In this document: positions 1 through 9,550 of the stretch, piece by piece
Numbering within the stretch: position 1 is the first letter of the stretch
How the letters are laid out: each line of letters starts with the position of its first letter
Assembly: GCA_963719315.1 (NCBI GenBank)
Contig: CAVRBU010000001.1
Coordinates: forward strand, 512,001 to 576,000
Origin: an uncultured Planctomycetota bacterium
GTDB taxonomy: Bacteria > Planctomycetota > Planctomycetia > Pirellulales > Lacipirellulaceae
Length of the DNA stretch: 64,000 nucleotides
Direction: 5' to 3'
The notes under the pieces: model-generated
The model's database searches: none
What the model was told of the DNA's origin: nothing
What the model saw: the letters and a program-made list of their open reading frames with translations, nothing else
Made by a program: the position numbers and the translations under genes

Positions 1-268
1 AGCGTAATTAGCCCACTGAAGACCCGCCAATTTGTGTGGCGTTTACGCAACACGACGCACGGCGTCGTCAGCGCGCCACCCCCCTAGAAGCGACACAATC
101 GGCGCAGACCAGCGCCAAGCGAGGTCTTCACTCGCTCGTGGCCTGTCACGAGAGCGACGATGGGTGGCACGCCTCCGCTGCGGCGGCGTAGGCATGATTT
201 CGCCCGATACATGCTCACCCTCGGCAACGGGAGAGAACGTCACCCATCAATGGAACGGGGGCAGACCA

Positions 269-1807
269 CTAACGCGGTTTTCGCGGCGCCGCCGAGAAAC
301 TGATGCCGTTCAGGCCGAACGGCGAAGGTGCAGCCGCCAATTCCTGAGGATCTTTTAGATCGACCAGTTCGTGAATGTTTCCCACAACCGGGCTACTCCC
401 GTAGTTGCCATCCGCGGCGTGAACTCTCATCGGCACCCCGTTGCTTGGGAATAACATCGTCGATTCCACGTGTACGCCGATGTCGCTACCTGGCACGACA
501 GACAGGCGATAGCGCGTAAGGATCCGTTCGAGCGCGACGCGTATGGTCGCCGTCGCTAGCGGAGCCCCGATGCACAGCCGCGGCCCAGCACCGAACGGGT
601 GGTAGGCGTATGGGCTCGGCCGCAAATTGATCCAGCGGTCCGGTAGAAACCGCTCGGGCTCCGGGTACAAATTTGCTAAATGGTGAACCACGAGCGGCGT
701 GAAAACAATTCCAGTGCCGCGTGGCAAATGGAACGGTCCAAGCTGCACCGCTTCGGTGGTAATCCGTTGCGAATACGCCGATGCCGGCAGCACGCGCATA
801 CTTTCCTTGATCACGCGATCGAGCAGCGAGAGATCTTCGCCCTTGGGGAGCGAGCCAATCGCTTTCGGATTTTGCGGACTAGCGCCGGGATTCAATCCGC
901 AATTCTTGTTTAATTCATCCCATAGCCGTCGCATTACGGCCGGATGCTGGCCAAGCAAGAAGAGGGTCCAGGTGAGCGAATGAGCCGTCGTCAAGTGCGC
1001 GGCAGCAAACAGCACGGCAGCCTGGCCTACTAATTCCACGTCGCTGAGGCCGCCTTCCGCGTCGTTCGAGCGCACCAGGATCGATAGCACGTCGGTCCCC
1101 TGCTGACCGCTTTCGCGGCGGTGGCGAATCATTGCCAGGACTTCCGCTTCCAGCACTTCCGCGTAGCCGAGCAGCTCCTCGTAGCCGTCCAGAAATTGTT
1201 CGCTGGGCACCAACGCGCCAACGCCAACTTGTTGATTGAGCGTGAGCCAATTGGCAATCATATCGCCCAATCGGCAGGCAGCATCGTAGTCTTCCATCCC
1301 GAAAAGCACCGTGCTCGTCACGCGCAACATGTACTGCCGCATTTCCTCGGCGATATCCGGCACGTCACCCGGCTGCCACTTTTCCAGCATTTCCTCCGTG
1401 AGCTGCACGATCGTGTCGCCATACGTGCTGATTGCCCGCAGGCCGAACGGTTCCTTAACGATTCGCCGATTTCGCCGGTGCTGCTCGCCATTCATCGACA
1501 GCAACCCGCTGGTGACGCGGCGTTGAGCGGAGCGCTTCGGCCCGCGGATCGGGAAGAAGTGTGCGTGAAAACGCTCGGTATCAGACAATACAATCTGGTT
1601 GTATTCAGGACTGAAAAGGAAGACGACCTGTTGTCCGCCCTCCTCAATGGCCGCAATCGGACCGTGCAGCTTGTGGAGCCAACGGAAGTTGCCAAGCATA
1701 TCGCGCGAAAACTCGCCGAAATCGACGTGCGAGATCGGAAGTTCGGCCCCTGAGCGCGCAGAACGACTCTGAGTGACGCGCGATTTTGATTCGACGACAG
1801 AGGCCAT
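269..1807 (-). CDS. Cytochrome P450
   Basis: Heme motif PFGAGPRLCIG, K-helix ESMR, PERF motif; start uncertain (ORF open to 1864). Confidence 0.93.
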   Translation of the reverse strand: MASVVESKSRVTQSRSARSGAELPISHVDFGEFSRDMLGNFRWLHKLHGPIAAIEEGGQQVVFLFSPEYNQIVLSDTERFHAHFFPIRGPKRSAQRRVTSGLLSMNGEQHRRNRRIVKEPFGLRAISTYGDTIVQLTEEMLEKWQPGDVPDIAEEMRQYMLRVTSTVLFGMEDYDAACRLGDMIANWLTLNQQVGVGALVPSEQFLDGYEELLGYAEVLEAEVLAMIRHRRESGQQGTDVLSILVRSNDAEGGLSDVELVGQAAVLFAAAHLTTAHSLTWTLFLLGQHPAVMRRLWDELNKNCGLNPGASPQNPKAIGSLPKGEDLSLLDRVIKESMRVLPASAYSQRITTEAVQLGPFHLPRGTGIVFTPLVVHHLANLYPEPERFLPDRWINLRPSPYAYHPFGAGPRLCIGAPLATATIRVALERILTRYRLSVVPGSDIGVHVESTMLFPSNGVPMRVHAADGNYGSSPVVGNIHELVDLKDPQELAAAPSPFGLNGISFSAAPRKPR

Positions 1808-1931
1808 GAATCCAAGCAGCAGCGAGTGTCTGCCGGTTTCGCTGTTCGCAGCATGGCCCGCCAAGTGATGCCAGCAACGCTAGCGAAGACATCGGCGTCA
1901 AAGTGACCCTAATCTTCTCTAGCAACTCATT

Positions 1932-3095
1932 TTACCAGGCTTGACTTAGGATCACAAGATTATCCCGATGTACGACTTCGTCGTAGGGGCAATGGCCCAG
2001 AATTACTACTATTTTTTCAGTAGATTGGCCCGCAATGCGGCGTAGCTCTTCACAGCCGTAATTTGTAAGCCCGCGGGCAAATTCGTGGCCATCTGGGCAG
2101 AATAGCGATACCACGTCTCCTTTTTGGAAGTTGCCATCGACCCGCCGCACGCCGATCGCCAGCAGGCTGCGGCCCTGCTGAACGACTGCGGCCTGAGCAC
2201 CGGCATCAAGTACAAGGCCACCGTTCGGTTGTGCCGTCAGGCCAATCCATCGCTTACGCGACGCAACGGCCGGTCCCTGGGGGCAGAACATGGTGCCAAC
2301 CTCCTGCCCGCTCAGAATATCGATCAGCACGTTTGGCCGCCGGCCGTTGGCAATCACCACGCTCTCGCCGGCCGTCACGGCCAATCGAGCGGCTTCCATC
2401 TTACTCGCCATGCCGCCTCGACTGAGACTATTCGACCCTGTCAGCACGGGCGTCTGTCGCTGGAAATCTCGAATGGCCGCATCCAGTTGTTCGACCACTG
2501 AGACCAGCGTTGCCCCTTCCTGCGCAGGATGCCGGTCGAAAAGCCCATCTACATCGGATAGCAACACCAAGAGCGGCGCACGGAGCAGGTTCGTTACCAT
2601 CGCCGCCAGGCGGTCGTTATCACCCACGTTTCGCTGGAGCTCGTCCACACGGACCGTATCGTTTTCGTTGATGATCGGCAGTGCGCCGTATTGAAACAAC
2701 GCCAGCAGCGTATTGCGGACGTTTAAATACCGCGAACGATCATTGAGGTCGTCGGCTGTGAGCAGTATTTGGGCCGCATGGCGTCCGTGAGCCTCCAACG
2801 CCCGATTGTACGATTCGATCAGCCGGCTCTGCCCCACGGCCGCTACGGCCTGCAAATGAGCCAAGTCGGTCGGCCTCTTGTCGAGCCCCAATCGCCCAAT
2901 TCCCGCCCCCACCGCCCCGCTGCTCACGAGCACCACGTGCCGGTTCTCCGCCATCAGTCGGACGATTTGCTCTGCAATCGAAGTAACTTGGTCGTGGTCG
3001 AGCGTGCCATCTTCATGCGTTAGCACGCGCGTTCCGACCTTCACCACAACGGTCTTCGAACGAGCAGCAAGTTCCTGACGAATGGAATCAACCAT
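1932..3095 (-). CDS. proB: Glutamate 5-kinase with PUA domain
   Basis: VVKVGT, VSSGAV, PIINENDTV, GDNDRLAA, GGMASK motifs; C-terminal PUA domain. Confidence 0.96.
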   Translation of the reverse strand: MVDSIRQELAARSKTVVVKVGTRVLTHEDGTLDHDQVTSIAEQIVRLMAENRHVVLVSSGAVGAGIGRLGLDKRPTDLAHLQAVAAVGQSRLIESYNRALEAHGRHAAQILLTADDLNDRSRYLNVRNTLLALFQYGALPIINENDTVRVDELQRNVGDNDRLAAMVTNLLRAPLLVLLSDVDGLFDRHPAQEGATLVSVVEQLDAAIRDFQRQTPVLTGSNSLSRGGMASKMEAARLAVTAGESVVIANGRRPNVLIDILSGQEVGTMFCPQGPAVASRKRWIGLTAQPNGGLVLDAGAQAAVVQQGRSLLAIGVRRVDGNFQKGDVVSLFCPDGHEFARGLTNYGCEELRRIAGQSTEKIVVILGHCPYDEVVHRDNLVILSQAW

Positions 3096-3158
3096 GGCCA
3101 AACAGCGTTCAAAAATCGCCGCCAAAAGTCATCCGCCACCCAACGCTTGCGGATTGGC

Positions 3159-3467
3159 TCACGCGGGCTCCATTACCCGGATCTCAATCCCCACCAGCAA
3201 ATCCTTCACGATTTCCCGATAGCGGAGCATATGCGGCGCGACCGAATGTGCCGCGAGCGCCTCTAAACTCTTCCATTTTTCGAAAACTGTGACGACATCC
3301 GCTCGCGCGGCGGCCACGCCGGTTAACGCTGTATCCACATCGATCGCCGGGCCGTACTCAATGCACCCATCCTCGCCGCGGACCAATGGCACGACCCGTT
3401 GAAACTCCTTCAAAAAATCGTTGCGGCGGCCCGCCACGACCTGAATTGTAGCAATTACGTGAATCAT
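3159..3467 (-). CDS. Putative quinol monooxygenase (ABM domain)
   Basis: MIHVIATI..VRGEDGCIEY..FEKWKSLEALAAH..PHM pattern. Confidence 0.85.
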   Translation of the reverse strand: MIHVIATIQVVAGRRNDFLKEFQRVVPLVRGEDGCIEYGPAIDVDTALTGVAAARADVVTVFEKWKSLEALAAHSVAPHMLRYREIVKDLLVGIEIRVMEPA

Positions 3468-3632
3468 GGATTGTCCCGAAAGCATTTCACCATAATGAAC
3501 GGCGCCGCCGCTGGAAAGCCGCCTTTCTGCGTGTTTGGACACGATCGGGCACGTTGGAGTTCCTCGAAGTGGCCCGTAGGCACGGTCGCGCCAACTCGAT
3601 GCTCGGAACGCCGATTTGCCAGCAGCCTGCCC

Positions 3633-3660
3633 TTGACGATGTACGCCCGTATATTATAGT
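3633..3660 (+). promoter_or_regulatory. Candidate sigma70 promoter for lexA with palindromic operator in the spacer
   Basis: TTGACG-N16-TATAGT; spacer holds TGTAC-N4-GTATA (3640-3653). Confidence 0.5.
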
Positions 3661-3790
3661 TTAGTCTGAGCCTTGAAACGCAGAACAATCCCGCAAATAA
3701 GTAGGTCCCGCTTGCCGAGCGGGACCTGGCCCCGTCTCAAAGCTCGATGTTTCGCAAAGGTCCGTTCCGGCTGAAGGACCGACAAGGTCG

Positions 3791-3899
3791 CAAGTGCTAT
3801 GTCAAACTTAGAGATCAGCCGCAGGGCGCTAGCCCACGGTTTTTGTAGCTCCAACCGTGGGCTAGCGCCCTGCGGCTAATTTGAAAATCGGAGCACTAG
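3791..3899. repeat. MITE/REP-like palindromic element, degenerate copy 1
   Basis: Perfect 25-bp inverted repeat 3817-3841/3853-3877; homologous to 5093-5225; ends GCACTAG. Confidence 0.8.
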
Positions 3900-3951
3900 C
3901 CAAGAAACCGTTCGCCAAAATATCTGCTCATTAATTGCCGGAGTTCATTCC

Positions 3952-4554
3952 ATGACGATGTCCGACCTGACTTCTCGCCAGCGGGAAGTTTTCGATTTCA
4001 TTCGCGAGAAAATCACTGGCCGTGGTTACGGGCCCACGGTCCGCGAGATCGGCGACAACTTCAGCATCAGTTCGCCCAACGGCGTGATGTGCCACTTGAA
4101 GGCGCTCGAAAAAAAGGGACTGATTACCCGCGAGCCCAATATGTCGCGGGCGATCCAAATAACAGACGCGTATCGAGACGAACTGGGCATGCCCTTGGTC
4201 GGCCAAATTGCGGCCGGCAACCTGACCGAAGCGATCGAACAGGCCGACCGATTCTCGTTCGAGGACTGGTTCCCGCAACGCAAAAACCAATTCGCGCTAA
4301 AAGTGAAGGGCGAATCGATGATCGAGGCCCAAATTGCCGACGGCGACATCGTCGTCTGCCGCCGAGCCCGCACTGCCCACAAGGGCGATATCGTCGTGGC
4401 CCTCACCGACGACGGCGACGCCACGCTCAAATACTGGTTTCCCGAGGCGAACCGAATCCGCCTGCAGCCCGCCAACTCCTCGATGAAGCCGATCTACAGC
4501 CGCAACGCGCAGGTGATCGGCATCGTCACGGGAGTTGTTCGCAAGGTCGTGTAG
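3952..4554 (+). CDS. lexA: SOS repressor LexA
   Basis: N-terminal wHTH (GPTVREIG), AG cleavage site (IAAG), GESM catalytic Ser, TLK catalytic Lys. Confidence 0.96.
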   Translation: MTMSDLTSRQREVFDFIREKITGRGYGPTVREIGDNFSISSPNGVMCHLKALEKKGLITREPNMSRAIQITDAYRDELGMPLVGQIAAGNLTEAIEQADRFSFEDWFPQRKNQFALKVKGESMIEAQIADGDIVVCRRARTAHKGDIVVALTDDGDATLKYWFPEANRIRLQPANSSMKPIYSRNAQVIGIVTGVVRKVV

Positions 4555-4581
4555 CACACGTGTAGCACAGTCTCAAAGTAG

Positions 4582-4656
4582 GTAGGGTGGGCACTGCCCA
4601 CCATGAATGCCGCACCTGCGCGGTTTTTTTTGGTCTGTGGGCGGTTCCCAATCTAC
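4582..4656. repeat. GTAG-type REP doublet
   Basis: GTAGGGTGGGCACTGCCCACC followed by degenerate inverted copy ending CTAC. Confidence 0.6.
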
Positions 4657-4733
4657 TATGCGCCCATTGCTATTTCTCACTACCTACGCTATCCTCACAA
4701 CACTTCTCCATCGCACCATTCGTCAGTCCGCCC

Positions 4734-5096
4734 ATGTCGCTAACTACATTTTCCAAAGACGGAATTCTAACCATCGTCTTCGAAGATGCGCGGATCCTCG
4801 ACGAGACGAAACTCGAACAACTCAGCCGCGACTTGATGGTGATGCTGGACAAAACGACCGAGGAGCGCGTCATTCTCGACTTCCGCAACGTGAAGTTCAT
4901 GTCCTCTTCGATGCTCGGCAAGCTGATTCAAGTGAACAAGAAGGCCGGCGAGTTCAAGGTCAAGCTGAAGTTCTGCTCGATCGACCCCGAAATCCGCCAG
5001 GTCTTCAAAATCACGAAGCTCGACAAACTCTTCGAAATCGAAACCGACGAAGCCGCCGCCCGAGCCGCTTTCATGAAAAAGGGTTGGTTTGGCTAG
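4734..5096 (+). CDS. STAS-domain anti-sigma factor antagonist
   Basis: ILDFRNVKFMSSSMLGKL (phosphoacceptor Ser), VFKITKLDKLF. Confidence 0.9.
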   Translation: MSLTTFSKDGILTIVFEDARILDETKLEQLSRDLMVMLDKTTEERVILDFRNVKFMSSSMLGKLIQVNKKAGEFKVKLKFCSIDPEIRQVFKITKLDKLFEIETDEAAARAAFMKKGWFG

Positions 5097-5225
5097 TGCT
5101 TTGTCACAGCTAGAAATTGGGGTTGGGCGCATCAGCCGCAGGGCGCTAGCCCCGGGTTGTGCCGCTCCAACCGGGGGCTAGCGCCCCGCGGCTAATCCCA
5201 AAATCAAGCTGTGACAAAGCACTAG
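5093..5225. mobile_element. 133-bp MITE-like element, copy 2
   Basis: Perfect 19-bp terminal inverted repeats CTAGTGCTTTGTCACAGCT (5093-5111/5207-5225) around an internal hairpin shared with 3817-3877. Confidence 0.75.
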
Positions 5226-5305
5226 TGTGGACGGCAATCCAAGCTGGCTCAGCGAACTATTCTATCTGCGCGCGTCCGACATCATTAAACTGAGTTCGCC
5301 GAACA

Positions 5306-6616
5306 CTACGCTTCATCAAACCCGCTGGACCGACTGAGCAGCTTTTCGCGCGACGCCCACAGCCCAGCCGACGGCGTGGGAATGAAATAATACCGCTCGC
5401 CGTCAACGGTGGTATTCCACCCTTGTTTGCACGACTCGGGCCGGTAGCGGGCGATCGTTTCGCTGATATCCGCGTAGCGGAAATTCACGCCTTCGATCTC
5501 GGCCTTCGTCAGATGCCCCGGCGCGTACGTGATCGTGAAGCGGCCCTCGCTTGAGCCGTGCATGAGGTGGGCCGTGGCATGGGCTAAATCCTGCATGTCC
5601 GCGTTCTTCTTGTACAGCTCCTTCACTCGCGGCGTGCCGATGTAGCCATACTTGCGGATGAGCGCGTCCACCTCCGGCTGCTCTCCGAATCGTTTCAAAC
5701 CAGGGGCGATCACAATGAGTTCGCCGCCGTCGGCGAGCGCCATGCGCGTTCGATAAACCGCTTTGTTCGCCACCCAGGTGCTGAAAAACTCGTCCCCCTG
5801 CATCACGCACACGATCTTTTTCACAGGTTCGTCGAATAACGTGATGTTTTGCTTCCGCGATTGACGGGCGGCGGCAAGGTAGGTCTCCAGATCGTCGCCC
5901 ACGTGGACACCCGTATGCACCAATTGGTCGCGTTCATTGCGGGCAAGCACCACCTGAACATACAAATCGGGCAGGTCGCCCAGAAACTCATCCTCGGCCC
6001 GATTGAAACAGGCCCGCAACGGCGTGATGAGATTGCCGAGGTTGTTCTCGATTCCATTCGTCGCGGCCGCCATGTGGGCCGCGCAGATCAAGTCCTTGCC
6101 GGCTAGGCCGATGAAATAGTTCTTGTTGTGATTGGCAAAGCCCAACACCTCGTGCGGCACCACTTGACCAACATTGATGATGAGATCCCACTTTTCTTCC
6201 ATCAGCATCCGATTGAGCACGATCGGCATTGGCCAATCGGCGGCGCCCTGCGTAGTCTCATCCACGAAGCGGCCCGACAACTCGCCGATTTCGACGCTCC
6301 CGACGCGCCAATCGTGGGCGTGGATCCGCTCATTTGGAATCGAGCCGAACATCTGCCGGTTTTCCTCCGGCGTGTGCGGCACGTGTTGGCCAAGCGTCGG
6401 GATGACGTGCACCTCCGCCTCATCGGCCAGCAGACGATACAGCATTTCGGTCAGCCGCCCCGACCCCGAATGCATGCGCGTAATATCCGGCGGAAGCAAT
6501 AACACCCGCTTCGGTTTCGCGCAAAACCGCTCCCGGGCCTCGGCGACGGTCTGCTCCATCAGCGTTTGCAATCGGTCCCACGAAATCTCAGCAGCTCGTT
6601 CGGAAATCCAGGGCAT
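5306..6616 (-). CDS. Lactate racemase (LarA) family, nickel-pincer-dependent racemase/epimerase
   Basis: LLPPDITR, PTLGQH, VVPHEVLGFANHNK motifs resembling the LarA N-terminal domain. Confidence 0.8.
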   Translation of the reverse strand: MPWISERAAEISWDRLQTLMEQTVAEARERFCAKPKRVLLLPPDITRMHSGSGRLTEMLYRLLADEAEVHVIPTLGQHVPHTPEENRQMFGSIPNERIHAHDWRVGSVEIGELSGRFVDETTQGAADWPMPIVLNRMLMEEKWDLIINVGQVVPHEVLGFANHNKNYFIGLAGKDLICAAHMAAATNGIENNLGNLITPLRACFNRAEDEFLGDLPDLYVQVVLARNERDQLVHTGVHVGDDLETYLAAARQSRKQNITLFDEPVKKIVCVMQGDEFFSTWVANKAVYRTRMALADGGELIVIAPGLKRFGEQPEVDALIRKYGYIGTPRVKELYKKNADMQDLAHATAHLMHGSSEGRFTITYAPGHLTKAEIEGVNFRYADISETIARYRPESCKQGWNTTVDGERYYFIPTPSAGLWASREKLLSRSSGFDEA

Positions 6617-6777
6617 GTGTGATCCAGATCGCTTTCAGGCGAAGTTAACCGCTAACGGACGCCCATCAACGCGAATGGAGCAAACCCATCAAATCCATCC
6701 AACTTCATTTCAGTTGCGAACAAATCTGCGTCCACTAGTGGTTAACGCATTGTAGAAATTATTTTTCGCTTTGCCTA

Positions 6778-6819
6778 TTGACGTCCTTGCAGACAAATTG
6801 TATTAATTCATTAATACAA
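6778..6819 (+). promoter_or_regulatory. Promoter with perfect palindromic GntR/YtrA operator
   Basis: TTGACG-N17-TATTAA; TTGTATTAAT-TC-ATTAATACAA (6798-6819) overlaps the -10. Confidence 0.75.
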
Positions 6820-6830
6820 GAGCGCATGCC

Positions 6831-7226
6831 ATGCAAATTCATATTTCCACCGCCGACGGCGTTCCCATCTACGTCCAAATCGTGAACCAGGTCAAATACC
6901 TAGTATCCTCGGGCCGACTATCGGCCGGAGAAGAGCTGCCCCCGATTCGCTCGCTGGCGGAAAAGCTGGTGGTAAATCCAAACACGGTCGCCCGCGCGTA
7001 TCGCGAGCTGGAAAGTGCCGGCATCGTGGAAAAACGCCGTACGGCCGGCACCTACGTCTCCGACCAAGGCTCTCCCCTCGCACGACGCGAACGGCTGAAA
7101 ATTCTGACCGAACGAATTGATGCCTTATTGGCCGATGCACGCCAGATGGATATCGCCTTCGAAGATGTCGTGAAACTCGCCGAACGGCGGCACGCGACCA
7201 TGTTATCCACGTCCCCTGAGGGCTAA
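6831..7226 (+). CDS. GntR family regulator, YtrA subfamily
   Basis: PIYVQIV..LPPIRSLA..VNPNTVARAYRELE; short C-terminus. Confidence 0.93.
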   Translation: MQIHISTADGVPIYVQIVNQVKYLVSSGRLSAGEELPPIRSLAEKLVVNPNTVARAYRELESAGIVEKRRTAGTYVSDQGSPLARRERLKILTERIDALLADARQMDIAFEDVVKLAERRHATMLSTSPEG

Positions 7227-7230
7227 ATTC

Positions 7231-7383
7231 ATGTACAAAACATCGTTCTCGCAAGCGCCGGCAGTGATCGACATCCGCCGGCTCACTCGCCAGTTCGGCG
7301 CCACGAAGGCGCTCGACGACATCTCGCTCTCGATCCCTTGTGGTGGCGTCTTCGGCCTTATCGGCGGCAACGGAGCCGGCAAA
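7231..7383 (+). pseudogene. Truncated ABC transporter ATP-binding subunit
   Basis: LTRQFG..ALDDISLSI..GLIGGNGAGK; homology ends inside Walker A. Confidence 0.75.
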
Positions 7384-7445
7384 GCGGCGCCCTATTTCGC
7401 GTCGTGCTTGCCCTCCTGTGAAAACGAGCCAATAATGCGCGCGCC

Positions 7446-8099
7446 ATGGCAACTGTGCATTTCACGCCCACAGACGAACTATCGCCCGCAAGGGTACGGA
7501 ACAGTTCCATGGTCCCCGAAGTTGGCAGCGGGGATGAGCCACTTCTTCACTTTGGCTTGCGGCAGCTCTTGTGCTTCATGGCCGCGATCAGTGCCTTGTT
7601 CGCCGCACTGGCTTCCACCGGCGGTCTGACAGCCCTGGTTTTGCTGCTGGGCGTGACAGTTGTAACATTGCATGTTTTAGCCACTTCCCTAGGCAGCCGC
7701 CTGAGAGAGCGGGCCGATCGCCTCCAGGTTTTTGAAGCGGCCGAACGCCTGCCGATCGAATCAATCGCCTCCGCATTGGAGCGTTCCGAGCGGCTTGCGG
7801 CGGTTCGGTCCGCCCCTCGTTCGCCCTGGCACGCCCGTGGTACGACGGTCTTACCCTGGCTCCGTCGGATGGTGATTGTCGCCATCGTATGTGGCGGTGT
7901 GACGGGAGCTGTCTACCTCGCCGCCACGATCGGCTATCGAACCTCCCCGGCCGGCGTTTTGGTGGGTGGCTTGTCCGTCGCCGTACTATGCGGCTGGTTT
8001 GCGTTTCTCCTCGGTAGCTTCTACGGCGTATTCCGCCACGGCTTCCGTGATGCCGTCGCGGAGCAGCAAAAAGACACGCGACCCCGTAGCTGTAGCTGA
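7446..8099 (+). CDS. Hypothetical membrane protein
   Basis: 217-aa ORF with about 4 hydrophobic segments. Confidence 0.65.
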   Translation: MATVHFTPTDELSPARVRNSSMVPEVGSGDEPLLHFGLRQLLCFMAAISALFAALASTGGLTALVLLLGVTVVTLHVLATSLGSRLRERADRLQVFEAAERLPIESIASALERSERLAAVRSAPRSPWHARGTTVLPWLRRMVIVAIVCGGVTGAVYLAATIGYRTSPAGVLVGGLSVAVLCGWFAFLLGSFYGVFRHGFRDAVAEQQKDTRPRSCS

Positions 8100-8155
8100 A
8101 GTCTCCAGGCTTCAGTTTTTTTTGCCGATGAGCAGCGGAACTCTTGCGAATTCCG

Positions 8156-8383
8156 CTACCGCAATAGCCGTCGCAAGAGAGTCGGGTTGACCAGCCCGCG
8201 GAAACGAATCTTGCCATCGATTTCGACCACCGGAACGCACGTATCAAACCGCTTGCGGAGCTCCGGATCGCCGTCGATATCAACAATTGTCGGCCGCTGC
8301 CCATACTCGACGAGCATCCGCTCCGCCTCCTCGCATAGATGGCAGCCATAGCGCGTGTAGAGCACGACTTGGTGCGACTGCAT
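8156..8383 (-). CDS. Glutaredoxin-like protein (DUF836 type)
   Basis: LYTRYGCHLCEEA, VDIDGDPEL, VPVV. Confidence 0.85.
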   Translation of the reverse strand: MQSHQVVLYTRYGCHLCEEAERMLVEYGQRPTIVDIDGDPELRKRFDTCVPVVEIDGKIRFRGLVNPTLLRRLLR

Positions 8384-8675
8384 TGGACTCTCTTCAGACT
8401 CGCGAGAAGGTTTTTTTCAGCCGTTATAATCGGACTCCGAACTTTCCCATTTCGGCCCCAATGTCGCGTTTCATCTACATCCTTAAGTCCTTATGGCAAT
8501 TGGACTTAAACATTTTGTTGAACACCGCCTTTTCCGTTGCCTAGGATGGAGTAGAGGCAATCGGGACCGCCTCGATCCTTTTCCCGTATCCCCCGCCATT
8601 CGGACGTGGTGGGCTGCTGGCCAAAAGTTGCCTACCCCGGCCAGCGGCACCTCGAATTTTTGTTCGCTATCAGCG

Positions 8676-9389
8676 ATGAACGCTCGCCGTGTGCAATCTG
8701 TGAAGTCGAGCGCCCGCCGGCAGGCAAAAGGCCGAAATACGACTGTCAGGTCCCATGCCGATAAGCGGCGGCCCAAACAAGCCCGTCGAGCCGGCATGCA
8801 CCAGTACATCGTTCGCGAGCCCTTTGCTCCGCCCGAAGACTGGTACGAGCGGACCGAGTCGACCCAATACCGAATTGTGGTCCAAGAACCTGGCGAAGGC
8901 TACCGGCACGTCGTCACTCCCGACCAGATTCGCGATCGGCTGTCGCGAGTTCCTCAGCGTTTCCTCAAGCAACTCGAAGTCGTTCAGCTCAGCAAGATCA
9001 CCCGCAAAAAGCAATCGTTCCCCTGCTATGGCATGCAATGGGGCAACGCCCTGTATTTGTACCCGATCGAAGAGTCGTTCGTGGAGCACTATGACCAGCC
9101 GCCCCGGCCGAACCTCGTCAACGAAGCACGCATGTACGGCGGCCAATGGCACGAGCCGTCGCCCGGCACCTGGACCCTCACCTGGAGCGAGCAGGCCGCC
9201 CAGGACTTTTACTTGAACAACATCCTGATCCATGAACTGGGCCACCTGGTCGATGACCGAAATACGTCCTACATGGAGCGGGAACAATACGCTGAATGGT
9301 TCGCCGTTCACTACGGCTACCTCCACTCTGGCGGCCGCACGGCCCGCAACTACCCCCGCCCCAAACGTCGCCGCCACCACGCAAGCTAA
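8676..9389 (+). CDS. Hypothetical zincin-like protein
   Basis: ILIHELGH..EQYAE HExxH motif; start uncertain. Confidence 0.65.
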   Translation: MNARRVQSVKSSARRQAKGRNTTVRSHADKRRPKQARRAGMHQYIVREPFAPPEDWYERTESTQYRIVVQEPGEGYRHVVTPDQIRDRLSRVPQRFLKQLEVVQLSKITRKKQSFPCYGMQWGNALYLYPIEESFVEHYDQPPRPNLVNEARMYGGQWHEPSPGTWTLTWSEQAAQDFYLNNILIHELGHLVDDRNTSYMEREQYAEWFAVHYGYLHSGGRTARNYPRPKRRRHHAS

Positions 9390-9460
9390 AACACTCCCTC
9401 CCAAGCACCGGGGAAGACCGGCGAGGGCGCGCCGATTCAGTTCTCGATTACTATTCCCAC

Positions 9461-9503
9461 AAAAAACATCGGCCCGCGGAAACCACCTGGATTCCGCGGG
9501 CCG
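9461..9503 (-). terminator. Intrinsic terminator
   Basis: CGGCCCGCGGAA..TTCCGCGGGCCG hairpin with T-run on minus strand, downstream of the Cys-rich gene. Confidence 0.55.
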
Positions 9504-9550
9504 CGTTATTCCGTCGGCGAATTAATCCGAGTTCTCACCCGGACCAAATG

